A stretch of DNA of 64,000 nt. It comes from Cetorhinus maximus. Its lineage: Eukaryota. Location of the stretch: the NCBI RefSeq assembly GCF_964194155.1, contig NC_135900.1:44330001-44394000 (forward strand), given 5' to 3'. Positions 25,851-38,331 of this stretch are shown here, in pieces; position 1 is the stretch's first letter; each line of letters begins with the position of its first letter. Position numbers and translations under genes: made by a program. The notes below the pieces were generated by a model. The model worked only from the letters and a program-made list of their open reading frames with translations, ran no database searches and was not told where the DNA came from.

Positions 25851-26100
25851 CACTCCGCTGCTCCTATTGGCTGTTCGGCTCCACACCGCTGCTCCTATTG
25901 GCTATCCGGCACAGACCGGTAACACTTTCCTCCTTCGCCACTTCCAATTGGCGCACCCCGCGTTCTAGTGGCTCCACCAACCAGGTGCTTTTGGTTCGCG
26001 GATTGGCTGCTTACGCCCCACCTGACCTCCGCGCTACGATTGGATTGGTCCATGGTGACAGAACGCTAGAAATTCAAAAAAAATCCAACTGGCCGTAAAC
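25830..26100. promoter_or_regulatory. FOXM1/RHNO1 bidirectional cell-cycle promoter
   Basis: GC box near 25835. CCAAT/ATTGG at 25866, 25897, 25944-25951, 26002, 26039 and 26044. TTGGCGC (E2F-like) at 25948. TTCAAA (inverse CHR) at 26073-26078. CAACTG (MYB-like) at 26086. Confidence 0.8.
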
Positions 26101-26653
26101 TGTAACAAAAAAATCAGCAGGGGCGGATTCTGGGGCCGGAGATCGGACAGAGACCCGGGCAGAGAGGGAGCTAATCCCCCCCCAGGGCCCGGACAGAGAC
26201 CCGGGCAGAGAGGGAGCCAAACCCCCGGGGCCCGGACAGAGACCCAGGCAGAGAGGGAGCCAAACCCCCGGGGCCCGGACAGAGACCCGGGCAGAGAGGG
26301 AGCCAAACCCCCGGGGCCCGGACAGAGAGGGAGCCAAACCCCCCCGGGGCCCGGACAGAGACCCGGGCAGAGAGGGAGCCAAACCCCCCCGGGGCCCGGA
26401 CAGAGACACGGGCAGAGAGGGAGCCAAACCCCCGGGGCCCGGACAGAGACGGAGCCAAACCCCCGGGGCCCGGACAGAGAGGGAGCCAAACCCCCGGGGC
26501 CCGGACAGAGACGGAGCCAAAGCCCCGGGGCCCGGGTGAAAGGACAGGCGTGGAGAGAAATTCCGACTGGGTCATTGACACCTGCCTTGGGTCCGGATGT
26601 GGGTCTGAACCGGGATTGGGTGGATCCGCCGTGCGGAAGCCGGTAATATGCAG
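26080..26653 (+). other. FOXM1: FOXM1 non-coding exon 1 (TSS approximate)
   Basis: Strong donor CAG|gtgagt at 26654, downstream of the promoter. Confidence 0.7.
26143..26535 (+). repeat. GC-rich minisatellite, about 10 units of roughly 43 or 31 bp
   Basis: Unit CCGGACAGAGA[CCCGGGCAGAGA]GGGAGCCAAACCCCCGGGGC. Confidence 0.95.
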
Positions 26654-27637
26654 GTGAGTGTGTGCCCGGGGTGGGCTGTCAGTCAGTCTGTCCCGGGATC
26701 CGACCCATTCGCATTAGCTTCAGGGTGAAATAAACTGTAACAACGGTCCTGGGTTCCAGAGCCGAGAGCTGACCCCGTCTACGGCCGTTTGTTCACCGGC
26801 CGCCTGTCAGCTCGGCAGTGTGGCCTGCTGCCCACAGCTACTTTATTGTGAACGAATGTTTATCGAATTGTTGCTGGATCTGTAAAGAAACCTCGATCAT
26901 GAAGGAACAATCAGGAATACACTGGACACCCCAGTTTGATCCTAACCCCTGTTCAATTCTGCAGTCGACATTCCTGTCTCTCACATAACACTCCCGTATT
27001 TCCAGTTTGTTGGGCCGGTTGTATTGGTGGTGCCTTCATCTTGAAGAGGGCACTTATGCAATGCAATTCTTTTGCTGAACATACTGGGTAAAATGCGATG
27101 CCCTCTTATTATCCCTTTCGAAAGACATTAGACATTCAGGATAATAACTATCGCTGCTTTTATTGACGTCCACTGGTTTCCCATCCCTCAGTATATCAAA
27201 TCAGAAATCCCATTTTTAAATCCTTCTCATCCACCTTCTGCAATCCTTAACTTCTCTTTATTACTGATCTCCTTACTGGGTCAATTGTGCGTTTCTCTGT
27301 CCCCTGCTCTACTTCACCATCAGTGGCTCCTGTACTCTGGAATTATCTTCCCGAATCTCCATCCAGTCATCAATGTCTTCATCTTTTAAAGCTTCCTCGA
27401 AGGCTACATCTTTCACACAGTAAGTTTGGTCACCGTCCCTAATTTTTCTCCTACTTTGCCAACTGATCCGCATGTAAAGCATTGGATGGATCCTTACTTG
27501 TTTGACAGTAAGCTTTCAGACGGCTTTAAAGAGTACCTGTTGGTGAGGTAGAACAGTGTACTGACTGTTGAATTGTCAGCACTTGAATAGAACTTTGGAC
27601 GTTTATAGCTCAGCCCATCAAATCTGTGCTGACTGCT

Positions 27638-30600
27638 CTTTTTTTATTCATTCATGGGATGTGGCTAGGCCAGCATTTATTACCCATCCTTAATGGCCCT
27701 TGAGAAGGTGGAGATGAACTGCCTTCTTGAACTGCTGCAGTCCATGTGGTGTAGGTGCACCCACAGTGTTGTTAGGGAGGAAGTTCCAGGATTTTGACCT
27801 TGTGACAGTAAAGAAATGATATATTTCCAAGTCAGGATGGTGTGTGGCTTGGAGGGGAAAATACAGATGGTGGTGTTCCTATGCACCTGCCCTTCTCTTT
27901 CTGGATTGTAGCAGTCATGGGTTTGTCTAAGGAGCCTTGGCGAGTTACTGCAGTGCATCTTGTAGATGGTACACACTGCTGCCACTGTTTAACGGTGGTG
28001 GTGGAGGGAGTGAGTGTTTGTGGATGGGGTGCCAATTAACCAGGCTGCTTTGTCCTAGATGGTTGAGCTTTTTGAGTTTTGTTGGAGCTGCACTAGGGAA
28101 GAGGAGAGTATTCCATCACACTCCTGATTTGTGCCCTGTAGATGGTGGACAGGTTTTGGGGAGTCAGGTGGTGATTTACTCACTGCAGGATTCCTAACCT
28201 CTGACCTGCTTTTGTAGCCGCAGTATTTATATGGCTAGCCCAATTCAGTTTCTGGTCAATGGTAAACCTCCGGATGTTGATAGTGGAGGATTCAGCGATG
28301 GTAATGCCATTGAGTGTCGTGGGGCGATGGTTAGATTCTCTTTTGTTGGAGATGGTCATTGCCTGGCACTTGTGTGCAAATGTTACTTGCCACTTGTCAG
28401 CCCAAGCCTGGATATTGTCCAGGTCTTGCTGCATGTGGGCACGGACTGCTTCAGTATCTGAGGAGTCACGAATGGTGCTGAACATTGTGCAATCATTAGC
28501 AAACATCCCCACTTCTGACCTTATGATGGAAGGAAGGTAATTGATGAAACAGCTGAAGATGGTTGGGCCGAGGATGCTACCCTGAGGAACTCCTGCAGTG
28601 ATGTCTTGGAACTGAGATAATTGACCTCCAACAACCTCCACCATCTTCCTTTGTGCTTGGTATGACTCCAACCAGCAGAGAGTTTTCCCCTGATTCCCAT
28701 TAACCCCAGTTTTGCTGGGACTCCTTGATGCTATAGTTGGTCAAATGCTGCCTTGTTGTCAAGGGCAGTCACTCTCACCTCGCCTCTGGAGTTCAGCCCT
28801 TCAGCCCTTTTATCCATGTTTGACCCAAGGCTGTAAAGATATCAGGAGCTGAGTGGCCCGGGCGGAACCCAAACTGAGCATCAGTGAGCAGGTTATTTCT
28901 AAGCAAGTGCCGCTTGATAGCAATGTTGATGACCCCTTCTAGCATTTTACTGATGATCGAGAGTAGACTGGTAATTTGCCGGGTTGGATTTATCCTGCCT
29001 TTTGTGGATGGGACATAACTGGGCAAGTTCCCACATTGCCAGGTAGATGCAATTGCGTTGGAAAAATTTGGCTAGGGGTGTGGCAGGTTCTGGAGCACAA
29101 GTCTTCAGTACTATTGCCAAGACGTTATGTTGGCCCATAGCCTTTGCACTATCCAGTGCATTCAGCTGTTTCTTGATATCACATGGAGTTAATTGAATTG
29201 GCTGAAGACTGGTGTCTGTATAGCTGGGGACCTCTGGAGGAGGCCAAGAGCGATCATCCACTTGGCACTTCTGGCTGAAGATTGTTGCAAATGCTTCAGC
29301 CTTATCTTTTGCACTGATGGGATTATTTGTGGAGCCTCCTCCTTCAGTGAGTTGTTCAATTGTCCACCACCACTCGCGACTCTATGTGGCAGGACTGCAA
29401 AGCTTCGATCTGATCTGCTGGGTGTGGAATCACTTTGCATGCCGCTTGCGCTGTTTGGCAGATAAGTAGTCCTGTGTTGTAGCTTCACCAGGTTGACATA
29501 TCATTATTAGGTATGCCCGGTGCTGCTCCTGGAATGTCCTCCTGCACTCTTTATTGAACCAGGGATGATCCCTTGGTTTTTTGGTAATGGTAGATATGCC
29601 GGGCCATGAGGTTACAGATTGTGGTTGAATATAATTCTGCTGCTGCTGATGGCCCACAGTGCCTCATGGATGCCCAGTCTTGAGTTGCTAGATCTGTTTG
29701 AAATCTATCCCATTTAACACGGCGATAGTGCCACACGGTATACTCGATATGAAGACGGGACTTCGTTTCCACAAGGACTGTGCGGTGGTCACTCCTACCA
29801 ATACTGTCATGGACAGAGGCACCTGTGGCAGACTGATTGGCGAGAGTGAGGTCAAATAGATTTTTCCCTCTTGTTGGTTCCCTCACCACCTGTTGCAGAC
29901 CCAGCCTAGCAGCTATGTCCTTTAGGACTTGGCCAGCTCGGTGCTTCCATGCCAGAGTACATTCTGTGCCCTTGCCGCCCTTAGTGCTTCCTTCAAGTGG
30001 TGTTCAACATGGGGGAGCACTGATTCATCAGCTGGGCGGGAGCGGTTGCCGGTACTTGGTAATGAGCAGGAGGTTTCCTTGCCCATGTTTTACCTGATCC
30101 CATGAGACTTCATGGGGTCCAGAGTCAACATTGAGGGCTCCAAGGACAACTCCCTCCTGACTGTATGCCATTGTGTTGCCACCTCTGCTGGGTCTGCCCT
30201 GCCAGTGGGACAGGACATACCCAGGGATGGTAGCGTCTGAGACGTTGTCTATAAGGTACGATTCCGTGAGTGTGACTATTTTGTCAGGCTGTTGATTGAC
30301 TATCTGTGAGACAGCTCTCCCAATTTTGGCATAAGCCCCCAGAGGTTAGTAAGGATGACTTTGCAGGGTCGACAGGGCTGAGTTTGCTGCTGTTGTGTGT
30401 GGTGCCTAGGTCAATGCTGAGGGGTCCATCTGGTTTCATTCCTTGTAGACTTTGTTGCTGTTTGATACAACTGAGTGCCTTTTTAGGCATTTTTAATGGG
30501 CAGCTCAGAATCAACCACATTGCTGTGGGTCTGGAGTCACATGTAGGCCAGACCAGGTGAGGACGGCAGATTTCCTTCCCTAAAGGACATTAGTGAACCA

Positions 30601-30772
30601 GATGGGTCTTTATGACAACCGACAATGGTTTCATGGTCGTCATTAGACTTATAATTGAATTCAAACTGAAATTTTATTGAATTCAAATTCCACTACCTAC
30701 TGTGGTAGGATTTGAACCCCGGTCCCCAGAGCATTACCCTGGGTTTCTGGATTACTTGTCCAGTGACGATAC
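27638..30772 (-). mobile_element. Near full-length CR1-like LINE (APE+RT ORF2, decayed) with a tRNA-like 5' head
   Basis: GVPQGSILGPTIFSCFINYL..FANDC, QFGFRPGHSAPD, EPTRGKNLFDLTL..SDH. 3' tail at 27638-27800. B-box-like GGTTCAAATCC near 30708-30718 (-). Confidence 0.88.
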
Positions 30773-31379
30773 TAAAACGATCAAGAATCAATCTCTCTGT
30801 CTCATTCTCTTGTCGTCCTTTATGTATCTTCCTCTGCTTCAAATATTTGCCCAATGGTTTCTTTAAACGCGCAGTTACATACTTGGAGACCAGTCACCGG
30901 TTGCGTGTCACATAGATTAATATTATGACCATTGTTATTTCATGCTTTCATCAATAATCTAAATGTAGGTGATGGGGACATGATATAGATAAGAGTGAGA
31001 ACTGAAGAGATTACTGAACTGCTGCAAGCACATTTCGATGCACTGGGTTCCCTGCTCGTCAATTCCTCTGATCTAATTTTAGAATGTAGATAATGTTCAC
31101 CTGACTTCTGACCTGCACGGAACATGTGCAAAATTGTACTCTGCTTAATCACTTTACGCACCTTTTAGTTATAGAACAAATAGTGATTATTTCATTAAAA
31201 TATTCCATCTCATTATTACTAACAAATATCCTCCTTAACTAATTAGTTTAATACTTGGCATTTGACTCTGCCTGTCATTTTTAACCTATATTTCTGACTA
31301 TGTGGAGAGTTTCTAATTGAATTCTAATGTTGCAGGCACTGTATGGTGTATTACTGAAGAAGCTCTAGTTGCAATAATA

Positions 31380-32025
31380 ATGAAAGCCAGTCCAAGGAGG
31401 CCTTTGATTCTGAAACGGAGGAAACGTCCCCTGACCTTCAGTAATCCGGTGGATATAAAGGAGAATGCTGCCGGGGACAAGAATGATCCGAGCAAACACA
31501 AAGCTGAATCCAGAGATTTTGGCACAGCCAACACCTGTCCAAGGAAAGATGACTTGGGAAACTCACAAAAGCACCCTGCTATCGAGACTCAAAAATTCCC
31601 TGAGAGAATTCGGATTGTGAACCACCCGTCAATGCCCAACACCCAAGTTGTGTTCATTCCAAAAAATGCTGATCTTCAAAGCATCATAGCAGCACTCACG
31701 GCAAAGGGAAAGGAGAGCGGCTCTAATGGACCCAAGAAATTCATTCTTCTGAGCAGTAATGCAACTTCCTCCTCTCGCCAGACTCAATCTTTGGAAAGCA
31801 ATGATCCTTGTGCAACACGAGGAGGTTTTCCTACACTCCTGGAAAGGAGCCAAAAGTCTTTGGAGTTCCGAGAAGAGCCAAACTTAACAGTTGCTAACCC
31901 AAGTAGCAAAGTGGCAGGAGCGGACTTTGCAAGTAGTGTCAGCATCAAAAAGGAGGATGATCTCTCCGTGCACGTCCCACAAACACAGGTGCCTTCACCT
32001 GTCTACGACCAGGAGACTGGTGCAG
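31380..32025 (+). CDS. FOXM1: FOXM1 coding exon 1 (N-terminal repressor domain); exon starts at 31336
   Basis: MKASPRRPLILKRRK...IRIVNHPSMPNTQVVFIPKNADLQSIIAALTAKGKESGSNGPKKFILLS. Acceptor tgcag, donor G|gtaag, phase 1. Confidence 0.96.
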
Positions 32026-33089
32026 GTAAGAAACGGTCCCTTGTGAGATTATAATATGGCACAGGGAGACTAGACAGAAAATACATCCTGTGAAGAAGTT
32101 GGAAAACAGATCAAAATACTATTCAATAATACTCTTCCCCAAATGGAATGTCTCACTGGAAATATTAACCTGCATCTCCGTTAACTCACTTCCTTTATCG
32201 TCAAAATTCCTGTGCATTTATTTGTAGATTTGAGACATTTACAGTTTTTCCTTTCATCTCTCCTTCATGCAGGAATTACAGCATGTGCATTTTGTTTCCA
32301 GCAAATTTGATCAATACTAAATACATCAGAGTTATTAATGTGTGGACATGCTTAAATAATTACGGGAACAATTCTGACAAAAGAACAAAAATAATATGAA
32401 CTTGCTTTTTGCTCTGACTGTAGTGAGTGTATGAGTGACTTACAGACAATTTCAATTCCTCAAAAAATGATGGGAAACCACTTGTGTATTCCTCTTGCAG
32501 TTAATGTTGCTATCTGAACTCCACAATTAAATTCTAATTTAACTCCAGTAACTCCAATTTATACTTTTTCTACTAGCTTGTATTTTTGAATGTGTTTGAA
32601 GTGGCAAACCGGTTTTCCTAAGTGCAGGGCAGGATTGTATATAGGAAATTCTTGCTGTGGTGGGTGCACCCATGGCTGTACTGGAAGTTACAATCCTCAA
32701 GCAAACAAAGGCTAAATTCCCACTTTGAGCAGAAACGGGTTTTTAACCATTACTGTTTTAAGTGCTTAATGAACTTAAAGCATGTACGTACCTATTTTCA
32801 GTAGAAATCTCGTGTTTATCAGTTCAATAATTGGAGACAGCTCTGATCCCGTTAACCTCTCTGATAGAGCACAAGAGGTTTTACAATGTTTAACATCTTA
32901 TGGGAGAGAAAATCCTTTGCTTCTCAATCACCCTTCTTTCCCTCTGCTCAATACTACGACCCACAAGGCAACAAGTTCCACTGACTGTCACTGCTCCCAT
33001 CCAAGCACCCACATATCTCTATTTATCAACTTCATAAAGTGAAGAGGAGATCAATAAAGGTGTTCAAAATTGTGAGGTTTTAATGAGAT

Positions 33090-33505
33090 CCTATGGATGT
33101 CGGCATGTAAGTTGACCTTCGAAGCCTTAACATCCTTTCAAAAACCAGGGTCTACTTATATGCCGAGCATGAAAGTGAACCACCTGCATGAGTCTGGGTA
33201 GTCGCCAATTTTAAAATGTCATCAGCATCCAACACAAAAAATGGGAGTGTGTTAAACTCCTGCGCATCTTTGCAACACAGCCCATATCAGCTGCTTGACT
33301 CTTTGCACCCTGTAAGGTACCAGTAAGTAAAACATACATTTGCAGGGTGAAAAATTGAGACTGACGACTAATGCAAGCATAGTATGCTGTAGCTGTAAAG
33401 GGGTGTCAACTTGTATGTCAGGTATATGCGTAAGCATGATTTTTGGGGTTGGAAAAATTGGCCGTCTTATACACTGGGCCGACTTATATGCCACAATTTA
33501 CAGTA
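33090..33505. mobile_element. Probable Tc2/pogo-type MITE
   Basis: Imperfect terminal inverted repeats (GGCATGTAAGTTGACC and GGCCGACTTATATGCC..TTTACAGTA), with internal copies of the GACTTATA motif. Confidence 0.45.
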
Positions 33506-34023
33506 AGTAGAAAAAAATATTTTCACTGAGTTGACAATAAATGGCTTTGGCCCATGTTAGAAAATGGGATTGAGAAATTAGAACTGCCATGTTTAGCAAG
33601 AACAGTGCAAGTTTAATGGGCAGAATAGCCTACTATACTGCTATTCCCATTTTACACTCACAAGAAATCATTATACCCCTTCCTTTCTAGCTATAATGGG
33701 ATATTCTACTCTTCCTCAGATTTAACAATTACATTTTGTTACTATTCCAAGCAATGTACAAATTCTTAACAGAGGAGAACAAAATTATTTCGTCCCAGTC
33801 CACCTGTCCAACGGACTATGCCTGCTAATTGTTAATGGATTTTCTGCCTTTCCTTTACTTCTCTGGATCTCATTATTTTTCTTGCTAATAACTCTCCAAA
33901 GTGCACAGAACACATTTATGGGTATTCTCTGCAATACTATATAATCTGTTCCAAAATCTACTCCGTGTATCCTCTCCCCTGTGGCAATGAAGATCAGAAG
34001 TTTGAAGGGCAGGAGCCAGTTGT

Positions 34024-34995
34024 CTTTTTTTATATTTATTCATGGGATGTGAGCATCACTGCCCATCTTTAATTGTCCATGAGAAGTTGGTGGTGAACTG
34101 TCCCCTTGAACTACTGCAGTCCTGTGATGTAGGTGCACTGCTGTTAGGAAGGGAGGTCCAGCTTTTGACCCAGCGATAGTGAAGGAACGGCAATATAGTT
34201 CCAAGTCATGATTGTGAGTCTTAGAGGAGAACTAGCAGGTGGTGGTGTTCCCAATTATCTGCTGCCCTTGTCCTTCTAGAGGGTAGAGGTTGTAGGTTTG
34301 GAAGGTGTTGACAAAGAAAGCTTAGCAAGTTGCCGCAGTGCATCTTGTAGATGGTACACACTGCTGCCACTGTGCACCACTGATGAAGGGAGTGAATATT
34401 TAAGGTGGTGGATGGGGTACCGATCAAATGGGCTGCTTTGTGCTAGAGAGTATCAAGCTTCTTCAGTGTTGTTGCAGTTGCACTCATCCAGGCACGTGGA
34501 GAGTATTCCATGACACTCCTGACAGGTAAATGGTGGATAGGCTTTTGCGGGGTTGGGTGGTGAGTTACTCACTGCAGAATTCCCAGCCTCTAATCTGCTA
34601 TTTATTTGACTGGTACAGTTAAGTTTCTGGTCAATGATAAAGCCCAAAATCTTGATATTGGTAGATTGAGCAATGTTAATGCTGTAAATCTAAGAGGGGA
34701 TGGCTAGAATCTCTGTTGTTGGAGATAACCATTACTCAGCACTTAAGTGGCACAAATGGTACTTGCTTCTTATCAGCCCAAGCCTGAAAGTGGTCCAGGT
34801 CTTGATGCATTTGAGCAGACTGCTTTAGTATCTGAGGAGATGCAAGTGGAAATTAAACTGGTAATTATTAGCAAACATCCCCACCTCTAACCTTATGACA
34901 AAAGGAAGGTCATTGATGAAGCAGCTGAAGATAGTGAGCCTTAGGAACTCCTGCAGCGATGCCCTTTGGCCTCCAACAACCACAGCCATCTTCCT
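34024..34995 (-). mobile_element. CR1-like LINE 3' fragment (same family as 27638-30772)
   Basis: IHSLH..TVAAVCTIYKMHC motif and the shared tail. Confidence 0.8.
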
Positions 34996-35547
34996 GCATC
35001 TCAAACTCAGGTTCTGTGCATTGGAGAATCAATGCACCCTTTATAACATGCAGTGTGGTGTAAAATTTCTGCAACCAATGGATGTTAATGGGTTTGGATG
35101 ACTCCTTGGGCTATGGCAACAAAGCTGAAGAGGGTGATGTAGTCATGCAGTAGCCCTTAATTGTAATGCATTACCAGTAATTTCCTTGCACACAACTGCA
35201 TTGTGGTTGGATTATTTGGGTACTGGGAAATAGTTCGAGTTCTGCAGTAGCTTTCACCAGTCAAACTCAAAGTTTCTTCAAAGCTGAGTTTTTTTTTACG
35301 GAATCAGCAAGGAGAAAGCTACAAAATGGTCAACTGCTGCCAGTTAAAATGGGCAACTGGCTGAACTTGTGAATTGTGGCTTAAAATATAAATGGGGTGC
35401 AGCAGATTAAAGCAAGGACATAATAGGTCCTGATGACAGAATCTAATCACGAGAAAGATGCCACAAAGTGATGTACAGTGGCTGACCTACGTCAGGCAAG
35501 CTTTCTACTTTTTATGCAAACACTCTGCCATTATTTCCTTCTCTTAG

Positions 35548-35696
35548 CTCCTACAGTTCCTGAGCGCCTTCTCCTGGATGACAGTCTGACTAACATTCAG
35601 TGGCTGGGTAAGATGAGCACAGACAGCCTGGCTGCTTGCAGCGTGAAGGATGAAACTGAGAAAGAAAACCAAGTGCCTCCAACAGAAGGTGCCATT
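35548..35696 (+). CDS. FOXM1: FOXM1 coding exon 2
   Basis: LDDSLTNIQWLGKMS..EKEN (KEN box). Acceptor ttag, donor ATT|gtaagt. Phase 1 to 0 is consistent with the neighbouring exons. Confidence 0.93.
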
Positions 35697-36366
35697 GTAA
35701 GTGCTGTTCTTCCCAGCTTGATGTTCAATTCTGGGGCATTTGAAAAGCTGCATCAACTTTGAAGTAGTTATCCATTTGATAACTTTAGTTTACATACAGG
35801 TATTCAAAGGGAGCAATTAACAATCTGGGAAAACATTGGGGCCAGGAACAGTAATTGAGTATTCAAAAAGTGAATGGGAGGAAGAGATGAGTTTGGAAGG
35901 GATTGGAGTATAGTGAATGAGTGATGCCAGAGGCAATGATTTGGTGAAAACAAGGATGTTGAAAGAAGAGATGAGGAATTAGTGCAGCAAGTTTTATGAC
36001 TGTTGCATTTTGCTTTGCCTTGATTCCTTAGTGTTTCAGAATGTTTGTTCAGAAAGTTGAACTTGTATTTGTTATGGCCACTTTTGGTTGGCTTAAGTAA
36101 AGTTAGGGGAATGTAGAATTAACTTTTACCTGGTATGTAACTAACTTACACTATCCAAGGTCAAGTGCAAAAGATGACTTGCTGTGAATCTATCCTTGCT
36201 ATAGCTGTCCTAGGACTGACCTGACCAACATTAGAATTCAGTAATGTGAAGGACCTTATGTGAATTTGATGTGTCACCCAAAATATATATTTAGAAGGCT
36301 GTGTTTCTATTTTCCACAGTACTTTGATTTTGTTCACATTTTCTGTGATGGATCTTCTCATTGCAG

Positions 36367-36525
36367 GCAGAGTCTGTTCACGAACGACCTCCATACTCCT
36401 ACATGGCAATGATTCAGTTTGCGATAAATAGTACCCAGAGCAAGAGGATGACCCTGAAAGAAATCTACACCTGGATTGAGGATCATTTCCCCTATTTCAA
36501 ACATGTAGCCAAACCAGGTTGGAAG
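36367..36525 (+). CDS. FOXM1: FOXM1 coding exon 3 (forkhead domain, N-terminal half)
   Basis: [53 protein letters not shown]|gtaag. Confidence 0.97.
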
Positions 36526-36814
36526 GTAAGGTGAAAGTATTTACATCGGTAGTAATGTGTAGGTTGCCACTGAGCTTTAGATCATTAACATATATCACAA
36601 TGGTATGGAGGGTTACAAGTTCAGTCGCCACTCCTGAAATCTCTTAGCTCCTGATAAATTATGTGGGGCAGAGGCTGCAGAACATTTTATGGGGAGGTTG
36701 AGGAAAAGGAGCATGGGGTATCCCGCCTTGGCAGAACCTTGCATCTCCCAAGCAGTTGGTGCAGATCTGAGTCCAGGTGGACTTGCTGCCATGAGAAAAA
36801 ATACATAAAGTAAA

Positions 36815-37205
36815 AACATAATGAACAGGAGTAAGTCATACGGCCAGTCTAGCATACTCTGCTATTCAAAAAGATTATGGTTGATCCTCAATCTCAACTC
36901 ACTTGCCTGTTCAATTCCATATCCCTTGATTCCCTTAGAATCAGAACATCTTTCGATCTCAGCCTTGAATAAACTCAACAGCTTAGGCAACCTTCACATC
37001 CACAACCCTCTGGGGTAGAGCCTTCCAAACATTCAGAGCCCTCTGAATGAAGACACTCCAGTTTTGGTCTTGCCAAAGCCATGTACAGTCTCAGCAACAC
37101 TTCCTTTCTCTTTTACTCAAGCAGACTTGCAATAAAGGCCAGAGTATTATTTGCCTTCTTAATTGCTTGCTGTTCCAGCATGTTAACTTTGTGTTTTGTG
37201 TTTCC
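36815..37205 (-). mobile_element. Degraded CR1 3' fragment
   Basis: Reverse CR1 terminal sequence (AACAGGAGTA..GGCC..CTCAACTC..ATATCCCTTGATTCCC). Confidence 0.6.
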
Positions 37206-38202
37206 ATTTCAAAGCTATTAGGTAAAGAGCTTAAGGCCTGAAATTTAAAGCAAAATTAAAAATCTCAACTTAGTTCCCAGCATTGTTGGCATCTAGTAGG
37301 AGCTTTATCATCTGGCTAAAATAAAACAAAACTGTCAATTATTATCGGCTTATTTTCTGTTTCTGTTTTTGACTCCAAAAAAACTAACGCACAGATTGCA
37401 AAGGCCACATCATTCCTAACTATTTATGAGGCAATGCATGCTAGAGGAAAAATAATGTTGGGTGATTTTTTGAGGGGGGCGCCATAGCCTCCGAGCTCCA
37501 GGGCAGCGCATCTGGGTGCTACCCCTACCCCAAAGATGCGCTGGGGAACATCCCACCCCCATCCCCCAGCAATTCCCAGATAAGGATTGCACAGCAATTA
37601 CCCAGGAAATTCAAACTTCTGATGGGCAATTGCCCTGCACTGGGAACCATCTGAAAATGTGATTTAAATCGCAAACTTTGAATGGTTCTGCCTGTCTCAC
37701 AGCAATAGTTACCCAGAAATAGCTAGAAGAATGAAAACCACTTGTAGCTTCTGGGTAACAATGGCATTGACCCACCCCAATCCTCCACAGGATTCCCAAC
37801 CACACCGCCCCGGGAGCACTCTGCAGTACACAAACCTCACCCAGCCTGAGTCGGAAGGCCAGGCAAGATAGGATCGGCTGGATTTCCAAGAAGTTTTGAG
37901 TGGAGTGGCAATCCGACTCAATTGTCACTCCATCAGAAGTTATGGCCCAATATGTACGGCATTTCAAGAGGAGATTTTTCCCTCCGTTTGGCAGTTCTAA
38001 AAATCCTAGAGGTTTTCATGTAAACAATAAAAATTTTCAAGGAGCGACTTTCTTCAGTGCCAAATTTCGTTCACACTCCTATGAGCACTTTGGGATAGTT
38101 TACTGTGTTATGGTGCTATATAAATGCAAGTTTTTATTGTTACTGCTTTCCATTTATGCTTCGTTAACTTGTAATACTGATTGTCATTCCTCCCTGTCTC
38201 AG

Positions 38203-38331
38203 AACTCTATTCGGCACAACCTATCTCTGCATGATATGTTCATACGTCAAACATCTCACAATGGCAAGATATCACATTGGACAATCCGTGCTGAAGCCAA
38301 CCGCTTCCTGACATTGGATCAGGTTGTTAAG
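38203..38331 (+). CDS. FOXM1: FOXM1 coding exon 4 (forkhead domain, C-terminal half)
   Basis: NSIRHNLSLHDMFIRQTSHNGKISHWTIRAEANRFLTLDQVVK|gtgcgt. Confidence 0.97.

Noticed and set aside
26143-26535. CRISPR-like repeat array
   Set aside because: No unique spacers, eukaryotic context, no cas genes; it is a simple VNTR
26034-26581. Three overlapping 136-151 aa minus-strand ORFs
   Set aside because: Artefacts of the stop-free GC-rich minisatellite
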